Shown here piece by piece: positions 29,340 through 38,655 of a stretch of DNA of 64,000 bases. A model generated the notes under the pieces. It worked only from the letters and a program-made list of their open reading frames with translations. It had not been told where the DNA came from and searched no databases. The translations under genes were made by a program, and so were the position numbers. The DNA is taken from positions 32,001 to 96,000 of the forward strand of contig CAYLJV010000001.1 of assembly GCA_964384105.1 (NCBI GenBank), written 5' to 3'. The DNA comes from Candidatus Hadarchaeota archaeon. Its GTDB lineage: Archaea; Hadarchaeota; Hadarchaeia; Hadarchaeales; JAGGTB01. Every line of letters starts with the position of its first letter. Position 1 is the stretch's first letter.

Positions 29340-30476
29340 TTGGGCCTAAATACGACTGCTTTAAATGAATGGCATAAGGAACATGGGAAAGTAGTTTCCT
29401 TTTCTGGCTGGGAACTACCAGTTAAGTTCTCAGGTATACAAGACGAGCACATGACTGTTAGAGAGAACGTAGGTCTTTTTGATATCTCACATATGGGTAG
29501 GGTTCTAGTTGAAGGTGAAGATGCAACTCCCTTCCTCGAGTACCTCCTTACGAGAGATGTTGATGGCCTGTCTAACGGTAAGTGTGGTTATTCTCTTGTT
29601 TGCAATGAAATGGGAGGAATAAAAGACGATCTTGTAATCAATAAGTTTTCTGACGAGAAATACTTGGTTATCTGTAATGCGGTTAATCGTAAAAAAATCT
29701 TGAATTGGTTCATTTTCCTAGAGGAATTTCTAGAGTTCTATGGTGAAGTCGATCTTGATCTAAAAATAGAAGATAAAACAGATTCAACTATTTTAATAGC
29801 GGTTCAGGGTCCTAAATCAGAAAGTACTTTGAACAAGCTTGTTTCTGGGGACCTCCCTGATGGTAGATATACCTTTAAGACTATGGATGTATTAGGGCAC
29901 GAATCTATTGTCTCAAGAACAGGTTATACTGGTGAGGATGGATTTGAGATTATTCCTTTAGACATCCCGAATGAGCCTTCCGAGTCCGCTGTTGAATTAT
30001 GGAGTTCCATTTTGGAGGCGGGTGAGGAATTTGATATCAAACCTTGTGGGCTAGGTTCTAGGGATACTCTTAGGCTTGAAGCTGGAATGCCTCTTTACGG
30101 TCATGAACTTTCGGAGTATATCACACCGTTGGAAGCTAAGCTAACTTTTGTTGTGGATTTAAGTGAGGGGAAAAAGTTTTTCGGAAAAGCTCCTTTGGTC
30201 GAGCAGAAAAAGAACGATTTAGAAAGAGTGCGGGTTGGTTTCGAGGTAGTTGAAAAGGGAGTTCCGAGAGAAGGGATGGAGATAAGAAGAGACGGCGAAA
30301 AAATAGGTGAGGTAACTAGCGGGACGTTCTCCCCTGTTTTGAAGAAAGGTATAGGAATGGGATATGTTCCGTTTGAATATTCTGAGCTTGGTACTTCACT
30401 TGATTTACTGATAAGAGGAAAAGAAAATGAAATAGAAATAGTTAAGTGGCCGTTTTATACTGATCGGGGCGAATGA
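29340..30476 (+). CDS. gcvT: Glycine cleavage T protein
   Basis: FSGWELP, GLFDISHMG, AVQGP, SRTGYTGEDGFE, RDTLRLEAG.PLYGHE. Confidence 0.96.
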   Translation: MGLNTTALNEWHKEHGKVVSFSGWELPVKFSGIQDEHMTVRENVGLFDISHMGRVLVEGEDATPFLEYLLTRDVDGLSNGKCGYSLVCNEMGGIKDDLVINKFSDEKYLVICNAVNRKKILNWFIFLEEFLEFYGEVDLDLKIEDKTDSTILIAVQGPKSESTLNKLVSGDLPDGRYTFKTMDVLGHESIVSRTGYTGEDGFEIIPLDIPNEPSESAVELWSSILEAGEEFDIKPCGLGSRDTLRLEAGMPLYGHELSEYITPLEAKLTFVVDLSEGKKFFGKAPLVEQKKNDLERVRVGFEVVEKGVPREGMEIRRDGEKIGEVTSGTFSPVLKKGIGMGYVPFEYSELGTSLDLLIRGKENEIEIVKWPFYTDRGE

Positions 30477-31864
30477 AGTTGACGCATCACTATATCTCTG
30501 TTTCTGATGAAGAAAGAAAAGAGATGTTGAAAGAAATTGGGATAGAGAACGTTGAGGATTTGTATTCTGATATTCCGGAGAAATTTAAGCTTGATGAGAA
30601 TGTTAAGATTCCTGCAAAAATGTCCGAACTTGAGGTAAAAAATCATTTAGAGAAAATCTTATCGGGTAATAATGCTTCTGGAGAAAAGTTATCATTCTTA
30701 GGCGGTGGAGTTTGGAATCACTATATACCGGAACATGTTTTTGAGATAACGAATAAAGCAGGCTTCAAGACCTCCTATACCCCATATCAGGCAGAGGTTA
30801 GTCAGGGAACGCTCCAAGCTCTTTTCGAGTACCAAAGTATGATGTCGGAGCTGATAGGTCTTCCGATTGTAAATGCTTCTATGTATGATTGGGGCTCGGC
30901 TCTTGGCGAAGCGGCTTTAATGTGTTCAAGAATTACGGGTCGAAACAGGTTTATGGTGCCAGAATACATATCCCCTAACAGGCTCTCAGTTCTAGAGATT
31001 TATTCTTCTGGTCCAGAGTTAGAGATTGTGAATATTCCCCAGTCTGAACAGACCGGCGAGTTAGACTTGGAAGCTTTGAAAGAGATGGCTGAAGATGATA
31101 CAGCTGGAATTTATATTGAGAACCCATCCTATCTGGGGTTTTTAGAAACTCAGTTGAAAGAGATATCGGAAATCACTGATGAAGTAGGAGCCCTTTTCGT
31201 AGTTGGGGTTAATCCTCTCTCCCTTGGATTTTTAAAACCCCCTGAGGAGTACGGCGCTGACATTGTTGTAGGTGAAGGCCACCATCTTGGTAATCCCATG
31301 AATTTCGGCGGACCCCTTTTGGGTATATTTGGATGCAGGGACGATAGAAAATTCATTAGACAGTTTCCTGGCAGAGTTTCAGGAATTACAATTACATTAG
31401 AGGATGACGAGCGGGGGTTTGTTATAGCGTTACAGACTCGAGAGCAACATATTCGAAGAGAAAAAGCCACATCTAATATATGTACAAATAACACTTTGTG
31501 TGCGATAGCATCAGCAGTCTACTTAGCTTCTCTGGGCCCTAAAGGTCTTAGGAACTTGGCGCTAAAGTGTGCAGGAAACGCAGATTATGCAATGAAGAGA
31601 TTCAATAATGTTGAGGGTGTCGAAGCACCCGTTTTTGATAATTCTCACTTCAATGAGTTCACTGTTTCTTTTGAAGCCTCTGAAGCTTCTGCGAAAGAAG
31701 TGAATTTGGAACTTTTGAAAAGAGAAATCTTTGGGGGAAAGCTTATTGGCGAACACTTTCCGGAATTGAAAGATGTTTCACTTTGGTGCACTACCGAACT
31801 TCATAGTAAAGAAGATATTGATCTAACGGCTGATCTGATTGAGGATATATTGGAGGGTTTTTAG
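30473..31864 (+). CDS. gcvPA: Glycine decarboxylase P protein subunit 1
   Basis: YTPYQAEVSQG.LQALFEYQ, NASMYD, LQTREQHIRREKATSNICTN. Confidence 0.96.
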   Translation: MKLTHHYISVSDEERKEMLKEIGIENVEDLYSDIPEKFKLDENVKIPAKMSELEVKNHLEKILSGNNASGEKLSFLGGGVWNHYIPEHVFEITNKAGFKTSYTPYQAEVSQGTLQALFEYQSMMSELIGLPIVNASMYDWGSALGEAALMCSRITGRNRFMVPEYISPNRLSVLEIYSSGPELEIVNIPQSEQTGELDLEALKEMAEDDTAGIYIENPSYLGFLETQLKEISEITDEVGALFVVGVNPLSLGFLKPPEEYGADIVVGEGHHLGNPMNFGGPLLGIFGCRDDRKFIRQFPGRVSGITITLEDDERGFVIALQTREQHIRREKATSNICTNNTLCAIASAVYLASLGPKGLRNLALKCAGNADYAMKRFNNVEGVEAPVFDNSHFNEFTVSFEASEASAKEVNLELLKREIFGGKLIGEHFPELKDVSLWCTTELHSKEDIDLTADLIEDILEGF

Positions 31865-31865
31865 T

Positions 31866-33356
31866 TTGAAGGATTATCAACAGCAGAAGTGGACTGAACC
31901 CCTAATCTTTGAAAAGAGTAAGGAGGGTCATGAAGGATATTCACTTGATCTGGACACTCCGGGATCCGTGGATATACCAGAAGAACTTTTGCGCAAAGAC
32001 TTAAATTTACCTCAACTTTCTGAGCCGGAGATAGTTCAGCATTTTACGAGGCTTTCTCAGATGAACTATGGGGTGGACTGGGGGATATATCCGCTTGGTT
32101 CCTGTACTATGAAGTATAATCCTAGAATTTCTGAGAAACTTGCATCTCTATCGAACGTTCAATCAGTACACCCAGATCAACCTTTAGAGACTATTCAGGG
32201 ATCTTTGAAATTGATTTACAGGTTAGAGGGGCTCCTTTCTGAGATTACCGGAATGAGTGATTTTACCCTACAGCCTTCTGCAGGAGCCCAAGGTGAGTTT
32301 ACGGCGATGTCGATTGTGAGAAAATTTCATGAGACTCGAGGTGATGAGAGTAGGAAAGAGGTAATAGTCCCCGATTCAGCTCATGGGACTAATCCAATTA
32401 GTGGAAGAATGGCTGGTTTTGAAATTGTTGAGATTCCGTCTAATGACCGAGGTAGAGTGGATTTAGAAGCTCTTGACTATGCTGTTTCTGAAGAAACCGC
32501 GGGTGTAATGTTGACCAATCCCAATACTTTGGGTCTCTTTGAGGATGAGATAGAGGATATAGTAGAGATCGTTCACGACCGTGGTGCTTTGCTTTTCTAT
32601 GATGGGGCCAATTTGAATTCAATAATTGGGAAGGTTAGACCGGGTGACATGGGGTTTGACCTACTGCATCTAAATCTTCACAAGACCTTCTCTACACCCC
32701 ATGGTGGTGGTGGCCCGGGTAGTGGACCCGTGGGAGTTAAAGAAGAGTTGAAGGAATATCTACCTGTTCCTCGAGTTGAATATGAGGATAAAGAAGATTT
32801 TTATTATTTCAGCGAGGACTATCCGAAGTCGATAGGAAAGATTCATCCGTACTATGGAAATTTTGGGGTTCTCGTAAAAGCTTACGTATACATACTTCTT
32901 CTGGGTCCCGAAGGGTTAAAGGAAGTTTCGGAAACCGCGGTCCTGAATGCTAACTATATTCAGGAAAAAGTCCGGAAGATAAAGGGTTACGATTTGAAGT
33001 ACGGTGCGGATAACCACTGTAAACACGAGACGGTACTTAGTAGTGAACCTCTTAAGTCAGAAATGGACGTCAGAGCGGGAGATGTGGCGAAGAGATTGCT
33101 TGATTTTGGGGTTCATGCTCCAACTATCTATTTCCCATTAATAGTTCCAGAGGCGCTTATGATAGAACCTACTGAAACAGTTTCTAAAGCTGAACTCGAT
33201 AGGTACTGTGAGGCTCTAAAAACTGTGTCGGAGGAAGCATATTCTGATCCAGAGAAGGTAAAATCTGCCCCCCATAGGATCGCTAGCAGAAAGTTGGATG
33301 ACACAAAAGCTGCTAGGAATCCTATTTTAAGCTGGAAGATGCTTACTAAAAAATAA
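31866..33356 (+). CDS. gcvPB: Glycine decarboxylase P protein subunit 2
   Basis: YPLGSCTMKYNP, SAHGTNP, HLNLHKTFSTPHGGGGPG, MIEPTE; TTG at 31866 just after the gcvPA stop is the likelier start. Confidence 0.96.
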   Translation: MKDYQQQKWTEPLIFEKSKEGHEGYSLDLDTPGSVDIPEELLRKDLNLPQLSEPEIVQHFTRLSQMNYGVDWGIYPLGSCTMKYNPRISEKLASLSNVQSVHPDQPLETIQGSLKLIYRLEGLLSEITGMSDFTLQPSAGAQGEFTAMSIVRKFHETRGDESRKEVIVPDSAHGTNPISGRMAGFEIVEIPSNDRGRVDLEALDYAVSEETAGVMLTNPNTLGLFEDEIEDIVEIVHDRGALLFYDGANLNSIIGKVRPGDMGFDLLHLNLHKTFSTPHGGGGPGSGPVGVKEELKEYLPVPRVEYEDKEDFYYFSEDYPKSIGKIHPYYGNFGVLVKAYVYILLLGPEGLKEVSETAVLNANYIQEKVRKIKGYDLKYGADNHCKHETVLSSEPLKSEMDVRAGDVAKRLLDFGVHAPTIYFPLIVPEALMIEPTETVSKAELDRYCEALKTVSEEAYSDPEKVKSAPHRIASRKLDDTKAARNPILSWKMLTKK

Positions 33357-33375
33357 TCTTTGGAAGTGTGTTCAA

Positions 33376-34473
33376 TTGTCCAGAAAAGAAACTAAAATTT
33401 TTAGGGATTTGAAGAGGGAAGTAATCGATCAAGACTTTTGTCTTAGATGCGGTGCTTGCGTTGCTTCATGTCCAGTAGATTCTTTGGAGTTTGAAGTTGA
33501 TACACCATCACTGAAGGACCGTTGTATAGCTTGCGGTTATTGTTACGCTCAATGTCCTGAACTCGTATCCGACGAGAAATTGAAAAAGAAATTTTTCGGC
33601 GAATCCTCTTCTTCGAAAATTGGTCCATACATGGAAGCGTTTTCTGGAAGGGCCAATTCATCTTCCGTAAAAAAATCGGCACAGGATGGTGGTGTAGTAA
33701 CTGCTTTACTTGTTTCTCTTCTTAAGGAGGGTTGGATAGATGGAGCAGCTCTTATGGATAGAGATTCTGAATGGAGACCTCAGCCAAGGGTTGCAAAAAC
33801 GAAGAAATCTATGATCGAATGTGCAGGCACTAAGTATACTCCAGGTCCTATTTTGACAGCTCTTAGAGAAGCCGTTGATGTTCATGGTCTTGAAAAAATT
33901 GCTCTAGTAGGCACCCCCTGCCAGATTAAAGGTTTTAGGAATATGGAGTTTGGAAAGAAACCGTTTAAGAAGATTTCCGAGAAAGTCGTTTTAACGATTG
34001 GACTGTTCTGTACGAAGAGCTTTACTTATGAAGGATTGATTGAAAAGGTAGTAGTTGATCAATTGGGGATTGATTTGAGGAAGATTTCAAAATTTGATAT
34101 AAAAGGGAAAAATTTGACTATTTATCTGAAAGATGGGGAAGAAGAAAAAGTGCCTTTGAGGGAGATAGGAGAATTTGCTCTTAAACCGTGTGGAACCTGT
34201 ATGGACTTTTCTGGAGAACTGGCCGATATATCGGTCGGGAGTGTGGGTTCTCCGGCAGGCTGGTCTACAACTATCTTGAGGACTGAAAGAGGAAAAGAGG
34301 CTTTCGATTTAGGAAGAAAATCCAAAGCATATGAAATCAAAGAGTTGGATGAAGTAAAACCGGGTATGAGCTTGGTAGAAAAGCTCTCTAATATTAAAAG
34401 AAAGAAATCTGAGAAGAAAATCGGAGAGTATAGAAAAAGAGAAGGAGGATCTCTTCCTTCAAAATATGAATGA
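33376..34473 (+). CDS. F420-dependent oxidoreductase subunit, FrhB family with N-terminal 2x[4Fe-4S] ferredoxin (FpoF/FqoF-like)
   Basis: CLRCGACVASCP, CIACGYCYAQCP, QDGGVVTALL, GTKYT, VGTPCQ, IGLFC, C..C.DF..ELADISVGSVGSP.GWST. Confidence 0.9.
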   Translation: MSRKETKIFRDLKREVIDQDFCLRCGACVASCPVDSLEFEVDTPSLKDRCIACGYCYAQCPELVSDEKLKKKFFGESSSSKIGPYMEAFSGRANSSSVKKSAQDGGVVTALLVSLLKEGWIDGAALMDRDSEWRPQPRVAKTKKSMIECAGTKYTPGPILTALREAVDVHGLEKIALVGTPCQIKGFRNMEFGKKPFKKISEKVVLTIGLFCTKSFTYEGLIEKVVVDQLGIDLRKISKFDIKGKNLTIYLKDGEEEKVPLREIGEFALKPCGTCMDFSGELADISVGSVGSPAGWSTTILRTERGKEAFDLGRKSKAYEIKELDEVKPGMSLVEKLSNIKRKKSEKKIGEYRKREGGSLPSKYE

Positions 34474-34483
34474 TAAATTAGTT

Positions 34484-35584
34484 TTATAGTATTTCGTAAG
34501 TAGTGGTTCGCTGTTTTGGTATCCTGTTTGAGTCTAAAATTATTTTTTCTAGCTGTTTTGGTGTCATCTCTTGTTTTTTTCCTCCTGCTGCTTTTGTTAT
34601 GTTTTCTTCCATTAGAGTTCCAGATAAATCGTTGGCTCCGGCGTTTAGCATTGCCTTGGCTATGTTCGGCCCGAGCTTTACCCAAGAAGTCTGTATATTC
34701 CGGATTTGATTGTTTAGCATTAACCTTGCAACTGAATGGATTTTGAAATGGTCTATTGTTGATATTTCATGGACAAGGTTCTCTAATTCTGTATTTTTAT
34801 TTGCAAAAGCTAGTGGGACTAGTTCGGTAAAACCGCTGGTTTCTTTTTGTATTTTTCTTATTTTAACTAGGTGCTCAGATATTTCTTTTGGGGTTTCTAC
34901 ATGCCCGTACATTATAGTAGCTGTTGTGGGAATTCCCAAGTGGTGACAGGATTTTATTGTCTCTTCCCATTTTCTTGCTTCGATCTTTTTAGGACAGATT
35001 ATTCTTCTTACTCTATTGACCAGTATCTCTGCTGCTGTTCCAGGTACGGAGTTCAGTCCATTTTCTTTTAGAATATTCAAAATCTTCTCTACTTTCTCGC
35101 CTTCTTTCTCTGCTATGTGGTTGATTTCTGCTGGAGAAAATGCATGAATATGGATACTTTCGGATACTTTTCTAACTGCTTCTAGAAATTCTACGTATTC
35201 TTTTAAGCCGAGAGAGGGGTTAATCCCTCCTTGCATGCATATTTCAGTGGCTCCTTTTTTTATCGCTTCCTTGGTTTTTTTCTTTACTTGCTTGGGGGTA
35301 AGTAGATAAGCTTCTTTATTATCTTCCGATCGATAAAAGGCGCAAAATTTACACTTATTATAGCAGATATTGGTGAAGTTTATGTTTCGATTGATTACGT
35401 AAGTTACAACATTGCCAACCGACTTTTTTCTTAGGTAGTCTGCGGCTTTAATTATCAGTCTAGTTTCATTTTCATTGGATTTTAGTAGTGTTTCACCGTC
35501 TTCTACATCAAGGTCCTCGCCCGCGAGAGCTTTTTCTATCACTCTTCCAATTTCTGGTTTTACTTTCCCGGTTAGTTTTTTCAA
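34484..35584 (-). CDS. cofH: FO synthase subunit 2 (radical SAM, CofH)
   Basis: VTYVINRNINFTNICYNKCKFCAF, PGTAAEIL, TTATIMYGHVET, FTELVPL, IQTSWVKLG, GANDLSGTLMEENI. Confidence 0.82.
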   Translation of the reverse strand: MKKLTGKVKPEIGRVIEKALAGEDLDVEDGETLLKSNENETRLIIKAADYLRKKSVGNVVTYVINRNINFTNICYNKCKFCAFYRSEDNKEAYLLTPKQVKKKTKEAIKKGATEICMQGGINPSLGLKEYVEFLEAVRKVSESIHIHAFSPAEINHIAEKEGEKVEKILNILKENGLNSVPGTAAEILVNRVRRIICPKKIEARKWEETIKSCHHLGIPTTATIMYGHVETPKEISEHLVKIRKIQKETSGFTELVPLAFANKNTELENLVHEISTIDHFKIHSVARLMLNNQIRNIQTSWVKLGPNIAKAMLNAGANDLSGTLMEENITKAAGGKKQEMTPKQLEKIILDSNRIPKQRTTTYEIL

Positions 35585-35704
35585 ATTTTAACCTCGATAA
35601 TTAGTATCTTATCGATTAGTTGTCTGAGTCCTGGTTTTATAAAAGTTCTAATTCCCGAAAAAAAATTTAAGGTTGTTATTAAGAAGTATTACCCACAACT
35701 ACAT

Positions 35705-35712
35705 GGAGGTGA
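35705..35712 (+). promoter_or_regulatory. Shine-Dalgarno site GGAGGTGA
   Basis: 6 nt upstream of the ATG at 35719. Confidence 0.75.
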
Positions 35713-35718
35713 AAACAA

Positions 35719-36975
35719 ATGACTTTGATAAGATCTGAAGAAGTTGGACGTAGATATGAAACGCCTCCTTTTCCCGATTTTCCAAAAAGCGAATGGAGAA
35801 GAAGAATAGATAGTGTCCAAGAACGGATGAAAGAAGAAGGGATAGATGTACTTGTTCTTTGGATGCGAGAGAATTGTAGGTACTTTTCGGGATTCCAATC
35901 TGTTCACTGGCTCACTGATATACATCCAGTGATAGATGTGATTCCTGTAGAGGGTGATCCCACTTTGATTGTTCCAGAGCTTTTCAAATGTAATGCTGAA
36001 GGTATATGTTGGGAACGGGATATCAGAGCTCAAAAGAAACCCCATAAACTCACGTCGATAAGAGAGCTTCCAAAAGATGTAGCTAGTGTAGTAAAGGATC
36101 GTGGTTACGAAAGTGCAACCATTGGTCTTGAAACTGGGTCTCTAGGTGGAATGTGGATACCTAGGCCTCTCAGCGATATAGAAGTTTTCAAGAATGAGCT
36201 ACCAGATGCAGACTTCGCTGATGCTGATCGAGTTATATGGGATTGTAGAATGATAAAATCCGCTTTCGAGATCGAGAGATTGAGAAGAGCATCCCAGGAT
36301 ATTGGAAGAGCTCTTACTCGGATAAGAGATGAATTCAGACCGGGTATGATGGAAAAAGATGTTCAAAATATATGGCTTGAAGAAGCTGCTATGGAGAATA
36401 TTCGAGGTGAAGATTCTTACGTCGGATCCCATATAGTCTGTGGATTGTCAAAGGAGGGAATGGCAGATGTTCTGGCCTTTGATAATATAACTATTGATAG
36501 TGACAGCTATCTATCTGTGGATTTATTCCAGAAGCACAAGGGTTACATACTTGATAGAGCAAGAACTTTCCAGGTGGGGTCTGTTTCGAAGGAAGTTGAA
36601 GAGGCCCACAGAGCCGTGAATGAAGGACTTGTGAATGCTGAAGAGATATTAGAACCAGGAATAAAGGCGAACGACATCTTTAAAGCTGCTTATGAACCAA
36701 TAGCAGAGATAGGTTACGATGAATTGGACATGGCAGGTCATGGAGTCGGTTATGTTATGCATGAACCTCCGTATATCACTGAAGAGAATGAGATGACAAT
36801 AAAAGAAGGAATGGTTTTATCCATAGAGCCATGGATTTGGGAACCGAAGGAGCAGGGAGGAATTGGAGTAATCGGAATTCAAGACAATTATGTGATTACA
36901 GACGATGGATACGAGATTTTGGATGAAAACCCGTCTATTTGGAAGTATAAGGTTGCCCATCCTTTTCGTGAATAG
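35719..36975 (+). CDS. M24 (creatinase/Xaa-Pro peptidase-like) hydrolase, paralogue 1
   Basis: Creatinase N-domain (ENCRYFSGF), RMIKS..E, D..(10)..D, GHGVG..HEPP, SIEP, GIQD. Confidence 0.88.
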   Translation: MTLIRSEEVGRRYETPPFPDFPKSEWRRRIDSVQERMKEEGIDVLVLWMRENCRYFSGFQSVHWLTDIHPVIDVIPVEGDPTLIVPELFKCNAEGICWERDIRAQKKPHKLTSIRELPKDVASVVKDRGYESATIGLETGSLGGMWIPRPLSDIEVFKNELPDADFADADRVIWDCRMIKSAFEIERLRRASQDIGRALTRIRDEFRPGMMEKDVQNIWLEEAAMENIRGEDSYVGSHIVCGLSKEGMADVLAFDNITIDSDSYLSVDLFQKHKGYILDRARTFQVGSVSKEVEEAHRAVNEGLVNAEEILEPGIKANDIFKAAYEPIAEIGYDELDMAGHGVGYVMHEPPYITEENEMTIKEGMVLSIEPWIWEPKEQGGIGVIGIQDNYVITDDGYEILDENPSIWKYKVAHPFRE

Positions 36976-37000
36976 TAAAACATCTATCCATAATTGACTC

Positions 37001-37030
37001 GAGTTCTTTCTTTATTTTTTTATTTTTTAG
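37001..37030 (+). terminator. Oligo-T archaeal terminator-like tract
   Basis: ttctttctttatttttttattttttag downstream of M24 paralogue 1, between convergent genes. Confidence 0.45.
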
Positions 37031-37174
37031 TAAATATTCAAGATTTAGTTTCTTTAAGCCAAGTGGATTCTCTAGAGGTCTAGATTTCCTTAGTTGTTAG
37101 AATGGTACTAAAATAATATTTTTCCTAAAAATTATGAAATAAAAAAGTAGGGGGAGAAGGTTAGTTGAAGGACT

Positions 37175-38506
37175 TTACTTGAGAGGTCCAACGACTCCTT
37201 CTACGAAGTAATCCATAGTAAGAAGGTGGTTTATAGAAGGCATTTCACCCTCTGGACTTTGTACGTTTCCGTCACGATCAACTACCTCTTGCATGAATGG
37301 GTCCCAAACTCCTCTTCTCATTTGTTCTCTTAGGTTAGAAACTTCTTCAACTACATCGTCTGCGACGTTGTCTCTCCAATGTGGTGAAATCGCGTTTGTC
37401 CCTACTCGTCCGTTTTGTCTGAGGTCACAGATACTCCGGTTGTCTATCTCTGTATATAGGATCTCGTCCATGCCTGGGAAGTGTATAGGCTGTGGATATC
37501 CTCCAGCGAGGTAATCTTTTAGGACTTCGTCTAGGATGACTTCCCAGCGCATTTCATAGCATACTGCTACTTCTTCTTCTGTTGCCCATCCTGCGCGAAC
37601 GTAGTCCAGAGATTTACCGATGAAGGGTATTCCGGCCTCGGAAGCGACTCTGACTGGTGACTGCGAGTCGGTTACTTCCCAGAGTACTGATACGTTTCTA
37701 TCTTCGATTAGGGTTGTTGCGAGTTCTCTTTCTGTTGTGGGGTTGAACCATTCACCAGACCAAAGTACATGAACTTCTGCTTCTGGATCTACGTGTCTTG
37801 CGCCCATTGTGAAGGCGTTTATGCGCCTATAATTTATGGATGCGGGCATTGAAGCTACACATCCTATTCTACCGTTGGGGGATAGAGAGCTTGCTATCAT
37901 CCCAGCTAAGTAAATGGCCTGATATTCCCTTCCATTTGCTCTGATGAAATTGTTCCCATACGGTTTATATGATCCGACAATTTCTGGAACAAAGTATACG
38001 TCTGGATATTGCTGGGAGAGTTCCTCTAATGCAAGTCCAATGTATTCTGCGTTACAGAATATTATGTCAGCTCCACTGTCTTCAATCATACTTGTTGCTA
38101 CATCCTCAACGTCTTCTACAGTCACAGATTCTCTGACTACGGTATTTAGCCAGGGATATTCGTTTTCCATCCACTTTCTTGCAGCGTCACAGGCGGTCGT
38201 CCAAGATTCTGGTCCGACCGGTGCATAGTAGATCCATCCCATAGTTATCTGGTCTTCACCGTCTCCTGTTGTAGCTAATTCATTGATTATACTTTGTGGG
38301 ATTGAGTTTTGCGCTATGTTTCGGATATCACTTTCAGACGCTTCTTGTAGGTAGTTCTGAACATCTGTACTGGTGACTTCTCCTTTTGCTCCACCGTCTT
38401 TGGGAGTTAGAGTGTAAGTCCCTACTCCAACAATTGCTGCAGTAATCACTACAGCAATGATGATTACTCCTGTTGTTGCTAGACCTCTTTTGTCTAGTCT
38501 TTTCAT
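37175..38506 (-). CDS. BMP (PnrA/Med-like) ABC substrate-binding protein, paralogue 1
   Basis: GWIYYAPVG..SWT, YLAGMIA, RINAFTMGA, WFNP..ERELA..L; N-terminal TM preceded by KRG. Confidence 0.9.
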   Translation of the reverse strand: MKRLDKRGLATTGVIIIAVVITAAIVGVGTYTLTPKDGGAKGEVTSTDVQNYLQEASESDIRNIAQNSIPQSIINELATTGDGEDQITMGWIYYAPVGPESWTTACDAARKWMENEYPWLNTVVRESVTVEDVEDVATSMIEDSGADIIFCNAEYIGLALEELSQQYPDVYFVPEIVGSYKPYGNNFIRANGREYQAIYLAGMIASSLSPNGRIGCVASMPASINYRRINAFTMGARHVDPEAEVHVLWSGEWFNPTTERELATTLIEDRNVSVLWEVTDSQSPVRVASEAGIPFIGKSLDYVRAGWATEEEVAVCYEMRWEVILDEVLKDYLAGGYPQPIHFPGMDEILYTEIDNRSICDLRQNGRVGTNAISPHWRDNVADDVVEEVSNLREQMRRGVWDPFMQEVVDRDGNVQSPEGEMPSINHLLTMDYFVEGVVGPLK

Positions 38507-38655
38507 TCTGTTCTCCTTTGTTGGTCTTTAGCTTATGTGCGCTGGCTTTTTAAAATATTTGAGTAGGGCTAAGTTTTCTATAGAAGTCTTAGTGAAGCGT
38601 ATAGGAAAATTTATAAATTCCTATCGTCACATAACCTCTTCGAGTTTAACGGTGG

